Shown: piece by piece, positions 1 to 12,900 of the stretch
How the letters are laid out: every line of letters begins with the position of its first letter
Numbering within the stretch: the first letter of the stretch is position 1
Source: Camelus ferus
Lineage: Eukaryota
Length of the DNA stretch: 64,000 nucleotides
Direction of reading: 5' to 3'
Assembly (NCBI RefSeq): GCF_009834535.1
Contig: NC_045698.1
Location: 870,001-934,000 of the forward strand
The notes under the pieces: model-generated
The model's database searches: none
Told to the model about the DNA's origin: nothing
The model's input: the letters and a program-made list of their open reading frames with translations, nothing else
Program-made: the position numbers and the translations under genes

Positions 1-599
1 CCTGCAAAGCCCCCGCCCCCTTGCCCGCTTGGTCGCGGCCGCGGGGAGAGGCGCCAACAGCTCTGTGCACAGGAGGGTGGGCGGCCTCATAGGGCCTGTG
101 GTTCCGTCGTCTTTTCTTCATTCACGTGGAGGCTCGCTGATGTGTCTTAGGGCTGTGTCTCCTGGGGCCTGAATTCTTGTCATGAAATGACCTTGCTCGG
201 GCCCGCTAACCAGCTCTGAGGGACGCTCACCCCTCCTTCTTCTGATGGCGCGGGTGCCGCCCTTCTCCTTTGGCCAGCTGGTGTCCACCTGACGCCTGCT
301 CCTTGTAGGCCTCGTGTGCTCAGGTCTCGCTTTTGTATCCGGCCTGATGATTTCCGCGGATCACTGAGGCCGTCCAACCGTGTGCGGCAGGTGCGGTGCT
401 GGCGCGGCTGGGTGGAACGCACCGTCTGCTGCAGTGCATCCTCTCCCCTGCACCACCACCGCCGCTGCTGCCCTTCAGACTGAGGGTTTTCTTCTTGAGT
501 CCCACGTTCTCCCCACTTTGTTGGACCCTTAGCTACACCTCTCTGTCGTGTTATTTTGGTGTCTCCTTCAAGTGGCATCACACTGATGCACACGTCATT

Positions 600-2960
600 A
601 GGACACACGAGGGGCACTCTGTTTACCGCTCCTGCTGCCTTGCCATTGCTGTCCAGGTGCCATGAGCCCCAGAACACACCACCCGCTTTGCTTTGGACAG
701 TCAGTCATTGCTGAAAGAGACCTGAGTAATGCAGGAAGCCGTGTTGACAGCCGCCCTTGTGACTGTCGTGTCTGCGCCCCCTCGCCCCCCGTGTGGATCC
801 GGATTTCAAAGTGGAGTCACTGCCCTCCTGCCTGAAGGACTCGCTTTCACACTGTGCGGTGAGGCCTACTGGCCAGTGGTGTATTCTTTCAGCTTTTGTG
901 TCTGGAAACATCTGTATTCCTCTGTCTTGAAAGGTATTTTTGCTGGGTGAGGATTCCAGGCTGGCTGTGCTCTTTTCCTCTGCAGACTCGGCAGACGCTG
1001 ACTTCTGGCTTCTGTTGTCTGTGAAGAGAAATCCGCTGCGTCTCCCTGTTCTTCTGTGTGAAGTGTGTCCTTTTCCTCTGGTTTTTGGCTTTCTCTTTGT
1101 TTTAAGCAGTGGGTTTCGATGCACCTGATGTAGTTTCCTCCACGGCTCTTGTGCTTGGAATTCACTGAGCTCCTCGGATCCACGGGTTTACAGTTCATGC
1201 CGCATCTGGGGAAGCGTTTCTTCACATACTTCTCTGTTCGCCCTTTCCCTGTGGGAGCCGCGGCAGCGCGTGCGTCGGGGGGCGTGAGGCCCCGCAGCTC
1301 GCTGGGGCTCAGCTCAGCTGCTTGTCTCTTTTCTCTGTGCTGTTCTGAATAGTTTCCACTGCTGTGTCCTCACGTGCACTTGCTGTCTCTTCTGTGGTGT
1401 CGAATCCACCCTCAAGCCCAACCCGGGCAGCTTGCGTTGCAAACATCATGGTTATCATCGACAGAGTCTGCGTGTGTGCTATTTAAAAGACACCTTTCAC
1501 GTCTCAGCCAAGCACCATCGATCTCGCTCCTAGCGGGCTTTTGAACGAGAGGGGCCCAGGTATGCTGCACAGGGACTATCAATGCCATGGCCAGACTCAC
1601 TTCTGGGTCTGGCTGTGTGGCCTACGCGTCTTCTTTCCCGCTTGTCTTGCCTCCGGTGGCCTCTGGCTGGGTCTGAGGGGTTGTAAGCTTTCCTCTCTGG
1701 GTGCTGGACGGCTGTGTTCCCCTGAATGTTCTGGAACCTTGGGCCGTAGGTTAGTTGCTCCCAGAGGGTTGGTTGTCCTTTCAGGTCTTGCCTCTAAACT
1801 TTGTTTGGCGGGACCGGAGTTGGGTTTGGGTTTGTGGAGGGGTTACTTTTTCTTCACAACTCAGGCAAACCCCTCTGCGTTTCCATCTGTGACCTCTTTT
1901 GGGACGAAGGGCGAATCCAGTCTCTGTTTTGCCATCTTGACTAGAAGCAAAATTGTGGACTAGTTCACTCTAAGTTTAAAAGAATTACCCAGAGCCGGAG
2001 CGGCCCTTGGCAATCACGGGGCAGAGGCTGGCCGCGCTGCAGCCCTCGCGCTGCTCTGCCCCCGGGCGGACACCTGCCGGCTCCTGTGCGGCTGGCGGGC
2101 TGGGGAGCCCGGTCCTGCCCCTGGAATGTGGGGAGCTTCGTCTCAATGAGGGAGCGTACTTCGTGTGATTTAAACATTTTAAGATGTCTTGAAATTTACT
2201 CTCTAGCCAAGCATAGAGTCTGATCAACTGCTTTATGTGCTCGTTTAATGGCCATTCAATGTGGTAAACGGCGTTGGTCACATTTTCCATATAATTGTGT
2301 TTCTTTCCCTGGTGGTTCTACTGATCACGGAGAGAAGTGTGTTAAAATCTCCAGCTCTGCTGATTTGTTTATTTCTCCTTTTCATTCCACCCCTGTTTGC
2401 TAAATGTATTTTAAGCTGTCGCGAGGGACGCGCGCCTTTAGCTGGACTGAACCTTCTATCGCTCAGTGTTTGTCTACACTGCGATTCTCCTCGTCTTAAA
2501 GGTCACTTTGTGTGGTTTAATCTTGCTACACCAGCCTTTTTGTGGTTACGTCTGCATATTATATTTCCCCCCTTTTTTTTAAACTTTCAGGGTGTGTTTA
2601 AACGGCGTGCAGCCGGGTTGGTGGCTGTGGCTCAGTCTGGCCTCGCAGCTGTCGTCTAGGAGTTTTAGTCTGTGTTTCGTGCAGTTACTGGCAGGGCTGG
2701 ATTCAGGTCTTCCCTTTGCTGATCAGTTTGAGTGAAATTATAATTTTAAAAATCCCATTTTATTTCTACTATTGGCTTATTAGTCATACCACTACGTTTT
2801 TATTGTGTTTTCTCTGGGAGACTTAATACACTTTTACCCGTGCACCATCTGCCTTCAAATCACACTAGCCCCTCTGCACAGCCTGCTCTCCACGTGGGCT
2901 CCTCTTAGCCTGGCCCCGTGATATGCCCTTTTCCTCTGCCTGCTTTTGTCCTTTTTCTTT
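600..2960 (-). mobile_element. Ancient LINE-1 fragments (ORF1-like at ~830-1900; ORF2 5'/endonuclease-like at ~2150-2960)
   Basis: Antisense L1M-type texture, e.g. tcttgaaaggtatttttgctgggtgaggattc and gagagaagtgtgttaaaatctcca; boundaries approximate. Confidence 0.65.
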
Positions 2961-4844
2961 TTAATTGCAGGCTAGTTGGTTTATTCTCTGGCTGCTTTCA
3001 CTGCCAGGGACTCCCAGGATCTTGTGCGACCTGCTTCGCTGCGTTTCGGTCATGAGTTTCCTACTAAGCTGCCTGGGTGTCTGTGCTCATGGACCTGGGG
3101 GAGCTCTGGCCAACATCTTGCCCAGTAGTTTTCCTGTCCTGCCCTCCCCTCCGCTGGGACTCCGGTCGCCGTGGCAGGACGCTTGGTGTTTTTTCAGTCA
3201 GGTCTCCTGTTGGTCTGTGCTTTACTGGGGCGGCGCGTTGCCCCGCACAGGCTCGTGGCATTTTCTCCGAGTGTGTGTCTCGGGTGGCCCTGTCCCAAGT
3301 GTGCATGTGGTGGGTGGGGCCTGCCTCTCCCCCCAGAGAGCCCAGTGTGACAACGTGGCTGCGGAAGGAGGGACTGGGGTGAGTCCCAGATCCTACACCG
3401 GAGTCGAGTGACCAGGAACAGCCCAGGCCGGAGGGGGACGTGGCTGGACCCCCCTTGTCAGATGCCGGCCCAGGACTTGGCTCCCGATGCGGCCCCCTCC
3501 CTGGGCGGCAGCACGCCTGGCTGGGCCCTCCTGCCAGGAGGGGAAACGCTTGTCCTCGTTTTAACACGCCGTTCCAGGCCCGGACCTGCCGTCTCTGCCT
3601 CTGAGCCTCCGCCAGCAGCACCTGCAGGCGCAGCGAGCGGCTGGCTCCCGTTGCCGCCTCGTGTTATGTCACGGAGGGGTGAACTTGACAGCACAGGGAA
3701 GCCTGACGCTCTGACCAGGCCCCCACCCCGAGAAGCAGCTGGCCCGATGACGTCGAAGCTTCAGTGAGGGGGTCCGTCCTAACATGGTGATCTCCACCAC
3801 ACTTTGAGGGTGCTTCCCAGCAGAACACAGGGCTGTGACCCCCAGGGCTGGAGGGTGGCTTGTGTGACTCTGTGTCTGCGAGCATTCCTGGCATCCCTGC
3901 ACGGCCCTCGTCTGCAGGACACAGGGTCCCGCATAAACCCTGAGGGGCTGGTGCGCTTTGCTTTTGTGCAGAAGCTCCAGCACCCTCTCCATCCCTGTGT
4001 GTGCGCCTGGCGGGGCCCCAGGACAGGGCTGCGCTGTCAGACTGGGGGCCGCCCGAGAAGAGGCGGGTGAGGAGGAACTGTTTGCTGACCCGAATCTCGG
4101 GGCACGGAGCAGCCACCGCCCTGGCCCCACCACCAACGCCCGGAGGCTGCCCTCCAGTCCTCCAGCGGGGAGTTGGGAATGACCAGACCCCGGCTTCGCT
4201 TTCGCCTCTTCCTTCACTTAACAACAGGAGAACGATTCAAGCAATACACAGGCAATGCCCGTTTACTATGTCAGGAACAGCAAGTGCCTGTGAGCACGAA
4301 GGAGGTAAACAGCTCGGCTCGGGGCACACGCTCCGCTCCGGCCCGGCGGGGTCCGCGTGCACGCGCTCCCTTCACCAGCCTCCCCGAGCTGTCGCGGGAA
4401 CAGCGCCCCGAGTGCCACTAGATCCCGAAGCCGTGGCCGCGTACGCAGCTCGCCTCTCTTATCCGGTTTCGGGGATTAACACGTCAGCTCTTCCTCCTAC
4501 GTCTATTTCTACACCCTTCGCTGATTTAAGAGGGGGGCTGAGTGCGAGGCTGACGTTTCTCTCTGCTCCACAAAGCTTGTGTTTAAGGCGTGTGTGTGAC
4601 ACGGAGAAGCTGCAGAAGCCAACGCTCCAGGTCGGCAAACAGCCGTACAAGGTTGAGTTCTGTAACACGCTGGCCACCATCCATGTGATACGGAAACATC
4701 CAGACCTTCCCTTTGGGATCCAGAAAGCCTTTTCTGCAGAATTCCAAGTGCTGTGTTTTCCCAACACGCTGGAAGAGCAGCGAGAGCGATCTCAGCCGGG
4801 CTGGCGCGCCTGCCGCGGCCCAAGTCAGGTCTGCTGTTTTTCTA

Positions 4845-4899
4845 ATTAAAAAACCACACGTAACAAACACAGCCGCAAGCACATAAACTAGGTTTTATT
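4845..4899 (-). terminator. LPCAT1 polyadenylation signal and GU/U-rich downstream element
   Basis: AATAAA (plus strand tttatt 4894-4899) followed on the minus strand by tatgtgcttgcggctgtgtttgttacgtgtggtttttt. Confidence 0.8.
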
Positions 4900-6722
4900 C
4901 GTTCCACTGAAAACCTGAAGTTGCCTGTGGGTGCCCGTCCCACCCGCCCTCGGACCCCGGCAGGACCCCCGCGGGCGGGCGGCCGCCCCCTCCTCGCCCT
5001 CCGCGGATTCGACTCCCAGACTAAGTACACCCCTGCTCTGGCCGCCCGCAACTCAGTTCTGTGAAGGAGAATCAGGAGGAACAAACATCCATTCGCGGTC
5101 TGTCTGTCAGAGACTTCCCTGAGAGCGCGCAGCAGCGCCTCATTCGAAAGCCCTTCATGCGCAGACGGGGGCCGAGGCCTCCCTCAGAACATCTCAGCTT
5201 GTTCACCTCCCTCATGCCACGTGCGGGGTTCTCTTCCAAAGCGAACCTTTACGCTCTCCACGACCACCAGGTCAGTCCTGTTCGCCACCAGGACTGCGCT
5301 GGGGGTTCTGTGTCCGGCGGGCCCGACGCCCTGAACGATGCCAGGTGGCCCCTCCCGCCTCGGCAGGAACGTAAGCGGAGGCGCCTTCCTCTTGCCAAGC
5401 CTCTGTGCCTCAGGAAGTTAGCAGACGTCTTCCCTGCGCTCCTGGCCCTGGCAGCCACTTTCCACAGAGACGCCCCCAAGAAAAAATCCAATTTTCTCAG
5501 AAATTAAAATAAATTTCCCCACGAAGCCCAGAGGTTCTGCTTGAGGGGACAAAGGTGAGTGTGTGGTTGTGACTGTGCCTTGATGGCAGGTCTCTGACTG
5601 CGTCCCAAGGAAGGGAATCAAGGCGCCTTCGTAAGAGGGCAGGGAGCTTCCTCCCGAGCCCAAGGTGCTGCTGCCCCAGCGCCAAGCGGGGCCCCGGCCC
5701 CCGCCCCCCCGGCCACCCACCGCCCGTCCCCACTGCGCCCACACCTCCCCCCGCCCCCCCCGCACGGCTCATGGTCTCCAGAGCCGCAGGGGTTGGGGCT
5801 GGGGGCACACTCAGCCGTGGACGGGCCTCCCGGAGCGTCACAGGCCCCCGGGGCACCTGACCTGGGGACTCCCTTCCCGGTTCTACCTTCTGCCTGACTT
5901 ATCTCACCAGCACCCGGTGCTCTGATTAGAGCTGACGCTACGGCGGAGTGGATTCTGCCATATTGCAACAGAAACCCCAAGTAGTATAAAAACAGCGGCA
6001 TCTGAAAAGGATCAAGGAGGCAGGAGAGCGGTTGGGGCCGGGTACCCGCGGCGCCCCAGCGGAAGCAGCGGCCTGGCCAGGGGAGGCCGGGGAGGCGCGC
6101 TCAGAGCCCCGCACAGCCTCAGGTTCTATCAAAAAAGGGCATATAAATAAATATCCTCTGACCCTGAAAGGAAAACGAAGTAGAAAAACAATGTTCTCTT
6201 TATAAAAAAAAGCTGACTGTTTCCTGGAGTATCTAAATGAAGTTTATAAAATCCTCATGAGCTCCTGCAAATATAGAAATGTTTAAAAATCAGACGGCGG
6301 CTCTGCCCTGCCTCCTCGGCGGTCGGGACTCGCTGCTGGGATCAGACGCAGGGGACACGTCCCGTTTCTCAAGTGCGCGTGCACGCACAGGGCCCGGCTG
6401 CCGAGAGTGGACCGGGGCTGTGGGGAGGGGGGCAGGCGGGAGAGGCGGATGGAAACTGAAACCCAGGATGCTGGAGGGGGGAGGGGAACACAAAGTGACG
6501 CCCGGGGCCGGCCTCGAGCACCTGCCGGAGGGAGAGCCCGGACACGCCCCCAGGAGCCCCCGTGTGCAGACCAGGCCTCTCCCTCCAGTGCTCTGCGCAG
6601 GGCCACGCGCTGGCCCCCGCCAGGACCTCGGGCCTGAGGGTGGGGACAGCACGTGTGGGAGGGCGAAACCGGACTCTGTTGCTGCAGCAGCCGGGCGGCG
6701 GCGGTAGGGAGAACCTTCCGTC
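4875..6722 (-). other. LPCAT1: LPCAT1 3' UTR (~1.85 kb; 3' end approximate)
   Basis: Runs from the stop codon to the AATAAA at 4894-4899, which has a GU-rich downstream element; contains AU-rich blocks. Confidence 0.75.
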
Positions 6723-6907
6723 CTAGTCCAGTTTCTTACACAAAGGGTCGGGCCCGATGCCCGAGTTTTCGGGGCTGAAGTCAGTGCAGAAGCCGTTGGC
6801 GGTCAGGGCTGGGGGCGTCTGTGTGCCGCTCTGGAAGCGCGTCTGGTCGGGGTACAGGTATTCCTCTGCAAAGTCGGGGTACGTTTCCGCAAACCTCTCG
6901 AAGTCGG
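6723..6907 (-). CDS. LPCAT1: LPCAT1 exon 14 coding part (ADFERFAETYPDFAEEYLYPDQ...GPDPLCKKLD*)
   Basis: Acceptor ttgtctttccag|CC; stop TAG at 6723-6725; KKLD dilysine motif. Confidence 0.96.
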
Positions 6908-9900
6908 CTGGAAAGACAAAGGCACCTTGGTTATGGGCCCACGGGGCGAAGGCCTGGAGTCTGGGGTCTTCCCGGGTGTCCCCCCACCCCCAGGGGCGGC
7001 AGGCCGTCTCTGCGGGCGTCGGAGGCCCGCACGCCGCTTTGGTTTTCCTCTGCTGCACAGCAGCCGCCGCGAGAACCAGGGCACCTGCCGGGCCTTTCGG
7101 CTCTTCCCGCTTCGGGGAAACTGAAGGATCGGGTTGGGTGCTTTCTGGGTGCTGGGCATGGGAGGGGCCTCCGCCCAAGCGCTGGTTTAGACACAAGGAG
7201 AGGCATCCTCTGGTGGCCTGACAGCTCACCAGGCAGGCGCGTGGGTGGATGCGGCTGTGCTCTGGGGAGGCCAGGTGCACGGAGGGCCACCCCGCTGTCA
7301 CGCAGCCTTTGCCCCTGTGTGTCTCCTGGTGGCCACGGGCCTGGTGTTGGGGTGGAGAGCGCCCCCCAAGGGCTTGGTGATGCTCAGAGGCCCAGGCGCA
7401 GGGCACGGCGGGCTCCAGGTGGCTGTAGGAGATGCGCCCGTGTTCCCTTGGGAAGCGGGACCAGTGTCCCCCAGGAATGGCTGCCGTTGGTCAGGGCTCA
7501 CTGTGAGCGGCCGTACCTGGCTCCCTGGGAGGCCTGCCCCCCCTTGATGCCGACACACACACACACCCCCCCTAAACCAACACTTGTGCCTGACATTTGG
7601 ATGCAATTTAAAAGCACATCCAAACACGATGTGAACAGTGACCTTTCCTGAGCAAACATCTCTTATTTCAGGGAGATTACGCGTTCATCTTCAAATGTGC
7701 ATGCCGGCTGGTGTGCTGGGCAGGGCCGCCTTCTGGGGGTGCTGCTGCCCACCCCTCCCTGCCTCAGCCCCAGACAGGTCTCAGGCCTGGTCCCCAAGGA
7801 CCCCGGCCGCCCTGCTTTCTGTGGTGACAGTTTCCAAAGCCATCAACCCACCCCCCAGGAGACGCCCCCAGGATCAGCCCCGCTGGGCTGGCACAGATTC
7901 CCTCCGCCACCGGGGAGCCTGACCCTGCCGACCGTGGCCCGGGGACGGGACGCGTCTACGTGGGGGTTCTGGCCTCGGAACTTGCTTCCACTGATCACCT
8001 GCAGAAACAAGACTGGGAGCCCCCAGCCCCCTCCCCCTGCCCAGTCTTGGGAAGGGCCTTCCCTTGAATGTCCTCGTTCGGGACAATACAGTGTTTCCCC
8101 CTCATGCACGGGGGCGTCCTCCCTGCTCCCAGCCACTCACCAAACGTGATCTTCCCCGTCTCCTCTTGGTCGATGGCGCGGAAAAGCTCGGCCACGCTCA
8201 GCTCGGCCACCCCCAAGGCAGTCCTGAGGATGCAGGACAGGGCGCCCTGGTCGATGCTGCCGTCCTGGGACCCGTACATCTGTGAGGCAGAGGCTGCGTC
8301 ACCCCACGGCCCACTCTGTCCATCGCCCCCCAGCCCCAGGAGTCCGGGGAGCCCGCTTTCCCTCCGCACGGCCTTCCCAGCTCTCCGGTGGCGCTGAGCC
8401 CATGGGTCAGAGCAGCAGGACTCAGCTCCTCGATGGGGCCCCCGGGGCAGGGCGCAGTCAGCAGCTCTAAATTCCTGTCTTAAGTCTTATTCACTAAGAA
8501 AGGGTGCTGCACACATTGTGGTGAGGAGGTCGGTCCACTCACAGATGTCCACCTGGGTGAACACCCTGCAGCCATGAGATGCAGTCACCCCTAAAACCTC
8601 TGGGTGAGGGGCCAGGCCACCCCCATGGGGTCCCCCATTCAGGACCCAGATAACTGACTGCTTCAGTGACCCCTTTTCTCCCTTCCCACCCCTTAATTCC
8701 CCCTCTTACGCTTTAAATTCACCGATATCACCTATAAAGAGTGAACCTGCCACACCCTTGCCCCCCCATAAAGGCGGAGCCCCAGGCCCATACTTCCCGC
8801 ACCACCCTGCTGTGACCTCGCTGTGCCGTGCACCCTCCAGGACCTGTGAGTAACAAAACAGGTTTACAAGGTCCCCTGGAGGTTGCTGAGGGCGTCCTTC
8901 AGTCACAACAGGAACCGCAGGGGCCGGTGCAGCCACAGCACGGCTGTCAGTGGGCTGAGATCAGCACACAAGCCCCTTATGTCCTGCTGCCCCAACTTCT
9001 GAACTTCCTCCTCCTCCTGCCCAGGTCTGCGGGCAGCGCCCTGCCACTTCCAAGCTTGATCGGGGCTGCAGGAGATGGGTGGGCTGGCCCCCACGTGCCC
9101 TGCTCCCTGTCTGTGGGCTTCCCGCCCCTGCTCCGTGGCTCCAACCTCCGCCTGCCTCCCATGGGTGCTGAGACCTGGGGACCCCCGATCAAGCTGCTCC
9201 TCTGACCCTGAACTGTCTGGAGCATTCACGCTGCCCTCCCACTGGGGCAGAGCCCTGAGCCCTGCCAGGTACACGTGGGCTCTCAGGGCCTTTTGCTCAA
9301 TGACACAAACTGGCCACCACCGCTCGGCCTTCAGGAGGCACGGACCCGCCGACCACGCCCTTTCCAGTGGCTTCTGCTTAGCTGCCCGTGTTGGCAGTGG
9401 ACACCTCCTTCCCGCTCCCTGCCTGCGTCTGTGTCACTAGACCCTCCCTCGCACCCCTGGCCTCAGGTCGCACTGTCTGTGGAGCTGGCAGCCCCGGGCC
9501 CTCTTCAGCCGCATTTCTCTCCTGTTTTTAGACTTGCTGAATACTGCACCTGGAGACTGAGCCCTCTGGGACCTTCCAGAGCCCCCGGTCAAACCCTTCC
9601 ACTCAGCCTCCCCCGCCAGGCCTGCAGCCCAGCCCGGGCGCCTCCCCGACCCGTGTTGACTGGCAGAGGGCCCGCCAGGCGCCCGCCCTGGAGTCTGACG
9701 CTGTAACATTCAGAGGAAGAGGACTTCTATTTCTCCATCCAGAAAGTGATTCTGAAGTCTGTCTGGGCCACGTCAGGAGGGACTGGGCTGCTGACGGGGA
9801 GGCAGACACTCAGGACCCACCACAAGCGGACGCCGCATTTGTACGGGGCAGTGGCGGCGCGGGCACTGACAACACCGGCAGTACTAGTCCCACGAGCAGG

Positions 9901-12900
9901 AGTGACAGGAGGCAGAAACAAAGGCCCAGAAGTCTGCGAGCTCCTCGGGGATGCCCCGGGGCAGGTGCACATCTCAGGAGCTAAGCACCCCGCACATGTG
10001 GCGTGTCCTCACTGCCAGCCCAGGAGGGGCTTTAACTGTGAAACGAGGAAGCCTCGGGCATACGTCCTCTGCAGGGCGACACCCACGTCACCTCCCTCCC
10101 CCCACCAGGTCCCGGGGGCGCCCCGCCCTGATGTGCCCAGGGACTCGGGTGTCCAGGGCTGCAGGCAGGGACAGAAAGAGGCTCCTCACTGTGACAGGGA
10201 GGCCAGGAGCCCCTGAGACCTAAACCTCACGCCGGGCAGGGCATCCACACAGGCAGAACATGCTGCGTTGCGAGGGGCGCCCAGGTGCTTCCCCAGCTCA
10301 GAGGGGGGCAGGCGGTCACTGCAAGGGCAGCGTGTGCTGATGACCTCGGCGTGAGGCCCGCAGGGAAGGTTGTTGAGAGGACACGCTGGCCGCACTCTCC
10401 GCCCCGTCGGGTGGGGCCGTCCTCCCCTGCAGCCCCTTCCGCCTGCCCTCAGGTGGGAGCTGGGCAGTGCCTCCTGAGAAAGGTCAGGCCCACAGTCGGT
10501 TGTTTACTGAGAAACAAGCCGCCAGCCACTGTCGTTGAAGCAGATTCCACTGGTGACAACAGAAACACCGCCCGTGGGGCCACCAGATGGGGTGTGGCGT
10601 AGGCAAGCCCCCACGGGGTGATGAACCACTGGCAGCCTTGGGAGATCCCTGCCCAGCCAGAGGAAGGGGCCAGGCTTCCTTGGGCAGGGCACTACCAAGG
10701 ATTGATCCACCCGGCTAGTTCCCCTGGCATGACCCACAGAAGCCACCCTGCAGTGTGGGGGGTTCTCCTGGTGTGCCAGGGAGAGGGCCTGCCGGGTCAG
10801 GAGTGAGAGATGGGGGTTCTCCACGCAGTGAGTGACAGTCGCTTCCTGACTTACACATCAGGTTCTCATGAGTCAGGCTAATGTGAGTTGTACTTGGGAG
10901 ACACATCCACAGTGAGACCCTGGCAGACTCGTGTCCCCTAGTGGACAAAGGCTGCCCAGCTCCATCTTAAGTCGCTGACCTGGCGAGCCCAGCCTTCAGG
11001 GCAGCCAGGTGAATCTGCAGGTGGGCTGGGACCCCGTCACGGGCCTTCCGGCTCCCAGACTCTCTGTGCCCGTGGTGAAAGGCCTGGCTCGGCTCTGCTG
11101 GGGCAGGCAGCACCTTAGCTTCCTTATCCCTGCTTTCCTCCATCAATGGCTAATGGGGAGGCTATGTTGGAAGAGCTGATGGATGCGGGGCCACGCACGG
11201 TGGTGTGTGGTACCCACCAGTCCCGCTCAGACGCCCTGGACTCAGGAAGACCCTCCTCCAAGCCCTCCTTCCAAGCATGGACCACCGATTCCAGGAAGAG
11301 ATTGCCTAGAGGTTCGCGGGCACTTTTACAAACAACGGTCCATAGACACTTCCGTGAAAACAGCAGTGGGGCAAATAACCCATGTGCCAGTGTCACAGGG
11401 ACTACAGACGCACCACAAGCCCGTCCCTGCACATGCAACTCACGTCAGTGCCGCACTTGCCTGGAACGCCAGCCGGACGGTGTCCAGGGTCTGGGACGGC
11501 CGGCACACGACGGACAAGGCGACCACGTACTCCCGCAGGTCTATCTCGCCGCCTCCGCCCTGCGGAGAGACGCCGTCAGGCGCCAGCCCCGCCGCCTGCG
11601 CGGGCGCGGGCAGCTGGGCTCAGCGCCGTCGCTGGTTGTTAGCTAAGAGGTTAGGGCCACTCTGACTTGGGGGCATTTGCCAACAAATGAGTGAAAAGAA
11701 TGTTTTGGAAGAATGTTCACAACTGTTTCTCCAAGGTGGCTGAGGCTTCCTGCACAGTCTGCAAACTCTCGGGGGGTCTCCTGTGCCCAGCGGCCACCCC
11801 ATCCTCCTCAGTTCTACCAAAGGCCACTGTGGCTGCTCCTTGTGGTCACACGGCACACTCAGTGTTGTCACTCTGAACACACAACACTGTCACTCGGGAC
11901 ATGCTATGTTGTTAACGTGGGACAGTCATGGCCGGAGGAGCCCGCCACACCCCCTGCCGCGGGTCGGCTCCTGCAGGGCCCAGCACGCGTGTCTGTGCGG
12001 TGTCGCGTGTGCGGGAGTCGTGGTCCTGACAGGCTGGCCCCGTGTCTGCCCGCTCCTCCCCGGGCCCTGAGGGCCGAGGGGCTGTGAACGCTGCCTCCTT
12101 GCTCAGCCAGAGTGTGTCTCCCTGCCGACGTGCGGGTGCAGGGGGGCCTGAGTGCTGCGCCAGGGAGAAGCCCACGCACCAGACAGGAGGCTGAGGGGAC
12201 CCCTGGCCATTCAGGAGAGGAGGCCGCTGTTCAGAAATTCTGCAGACTGGCCACACAGGGTCAGCAGAGGCCTCTGGGGCAGGGGCCGCGGGCCAGGCCA
12301 GCGTGGCTGTGCGATGTTACAGGCCTTTAGCCACCATCTTCAAAAAACCCAAACTACAGGCATGTTTATCAGCAAATGTTGATTTAAAAGCCAAAACTCT
12401 ATGTGCATTTAAAAGCATGGAGGAAACACCCCAAAGACAGGGTGGCTGGGGGGCGGTGGGGGGTCCATCCCCCTCCGCTTCTGGGGTCGCCTGCAGCATG
12501 CGCCCGTCCCGGGGCACACAGCTGCCCCCAGCCCAGGGCCCCACCTCGTCAAACAGGGAGAACAGGTCCTCCAGTGCCTCCGACACGGGGACCCCCAGCT
12601 GCGCGGCGAACTCGGGGAGCGTCACCCTCCCGCCCGGCTTCGCCCCAGCACGTTCCGCGTGTCTGTCCAGAGCTCGGTCAAGTTTTTCTGGTTTTAGCCT
12701 AAACAGAAAACAAGGGAAAGATTTAAAGAATGCTGAATGAGGGAGATGTGCCGCTATGTTTGAAGAGCCAAAAGATACTAAAATTAGAGACTGACAGCAG
12801 CCAGCCTTCAAGACGATGGCTGGCCTGGGCACAGCGTGTCCAGCGTGCCCGGTGTGTCCGGCGTGAGCATCTGCACACACGCTGACACTCAGGTGTGTGG

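Noticed and set aside
1..4800. Exons of the neighbouring gene expected from synteny (SLC6A3)
   Set aside because: No recognisable transporter coding sequence; the region is mostly old L1, so the gene presumably lies outside the window
3664..4849. 282-aa plus-strand ORF and overlapping ORFs downstream of the polyA site
   Set aside because: No recognisable domain or coherent splice structure; long ORFs are expected at this GC content
6146..6151. Plus-strand AATAAA suggesting an antisense transcript end
   Set aside because: Better explained as the complement of an AU-rich element in the LPCAT1 3' UTR
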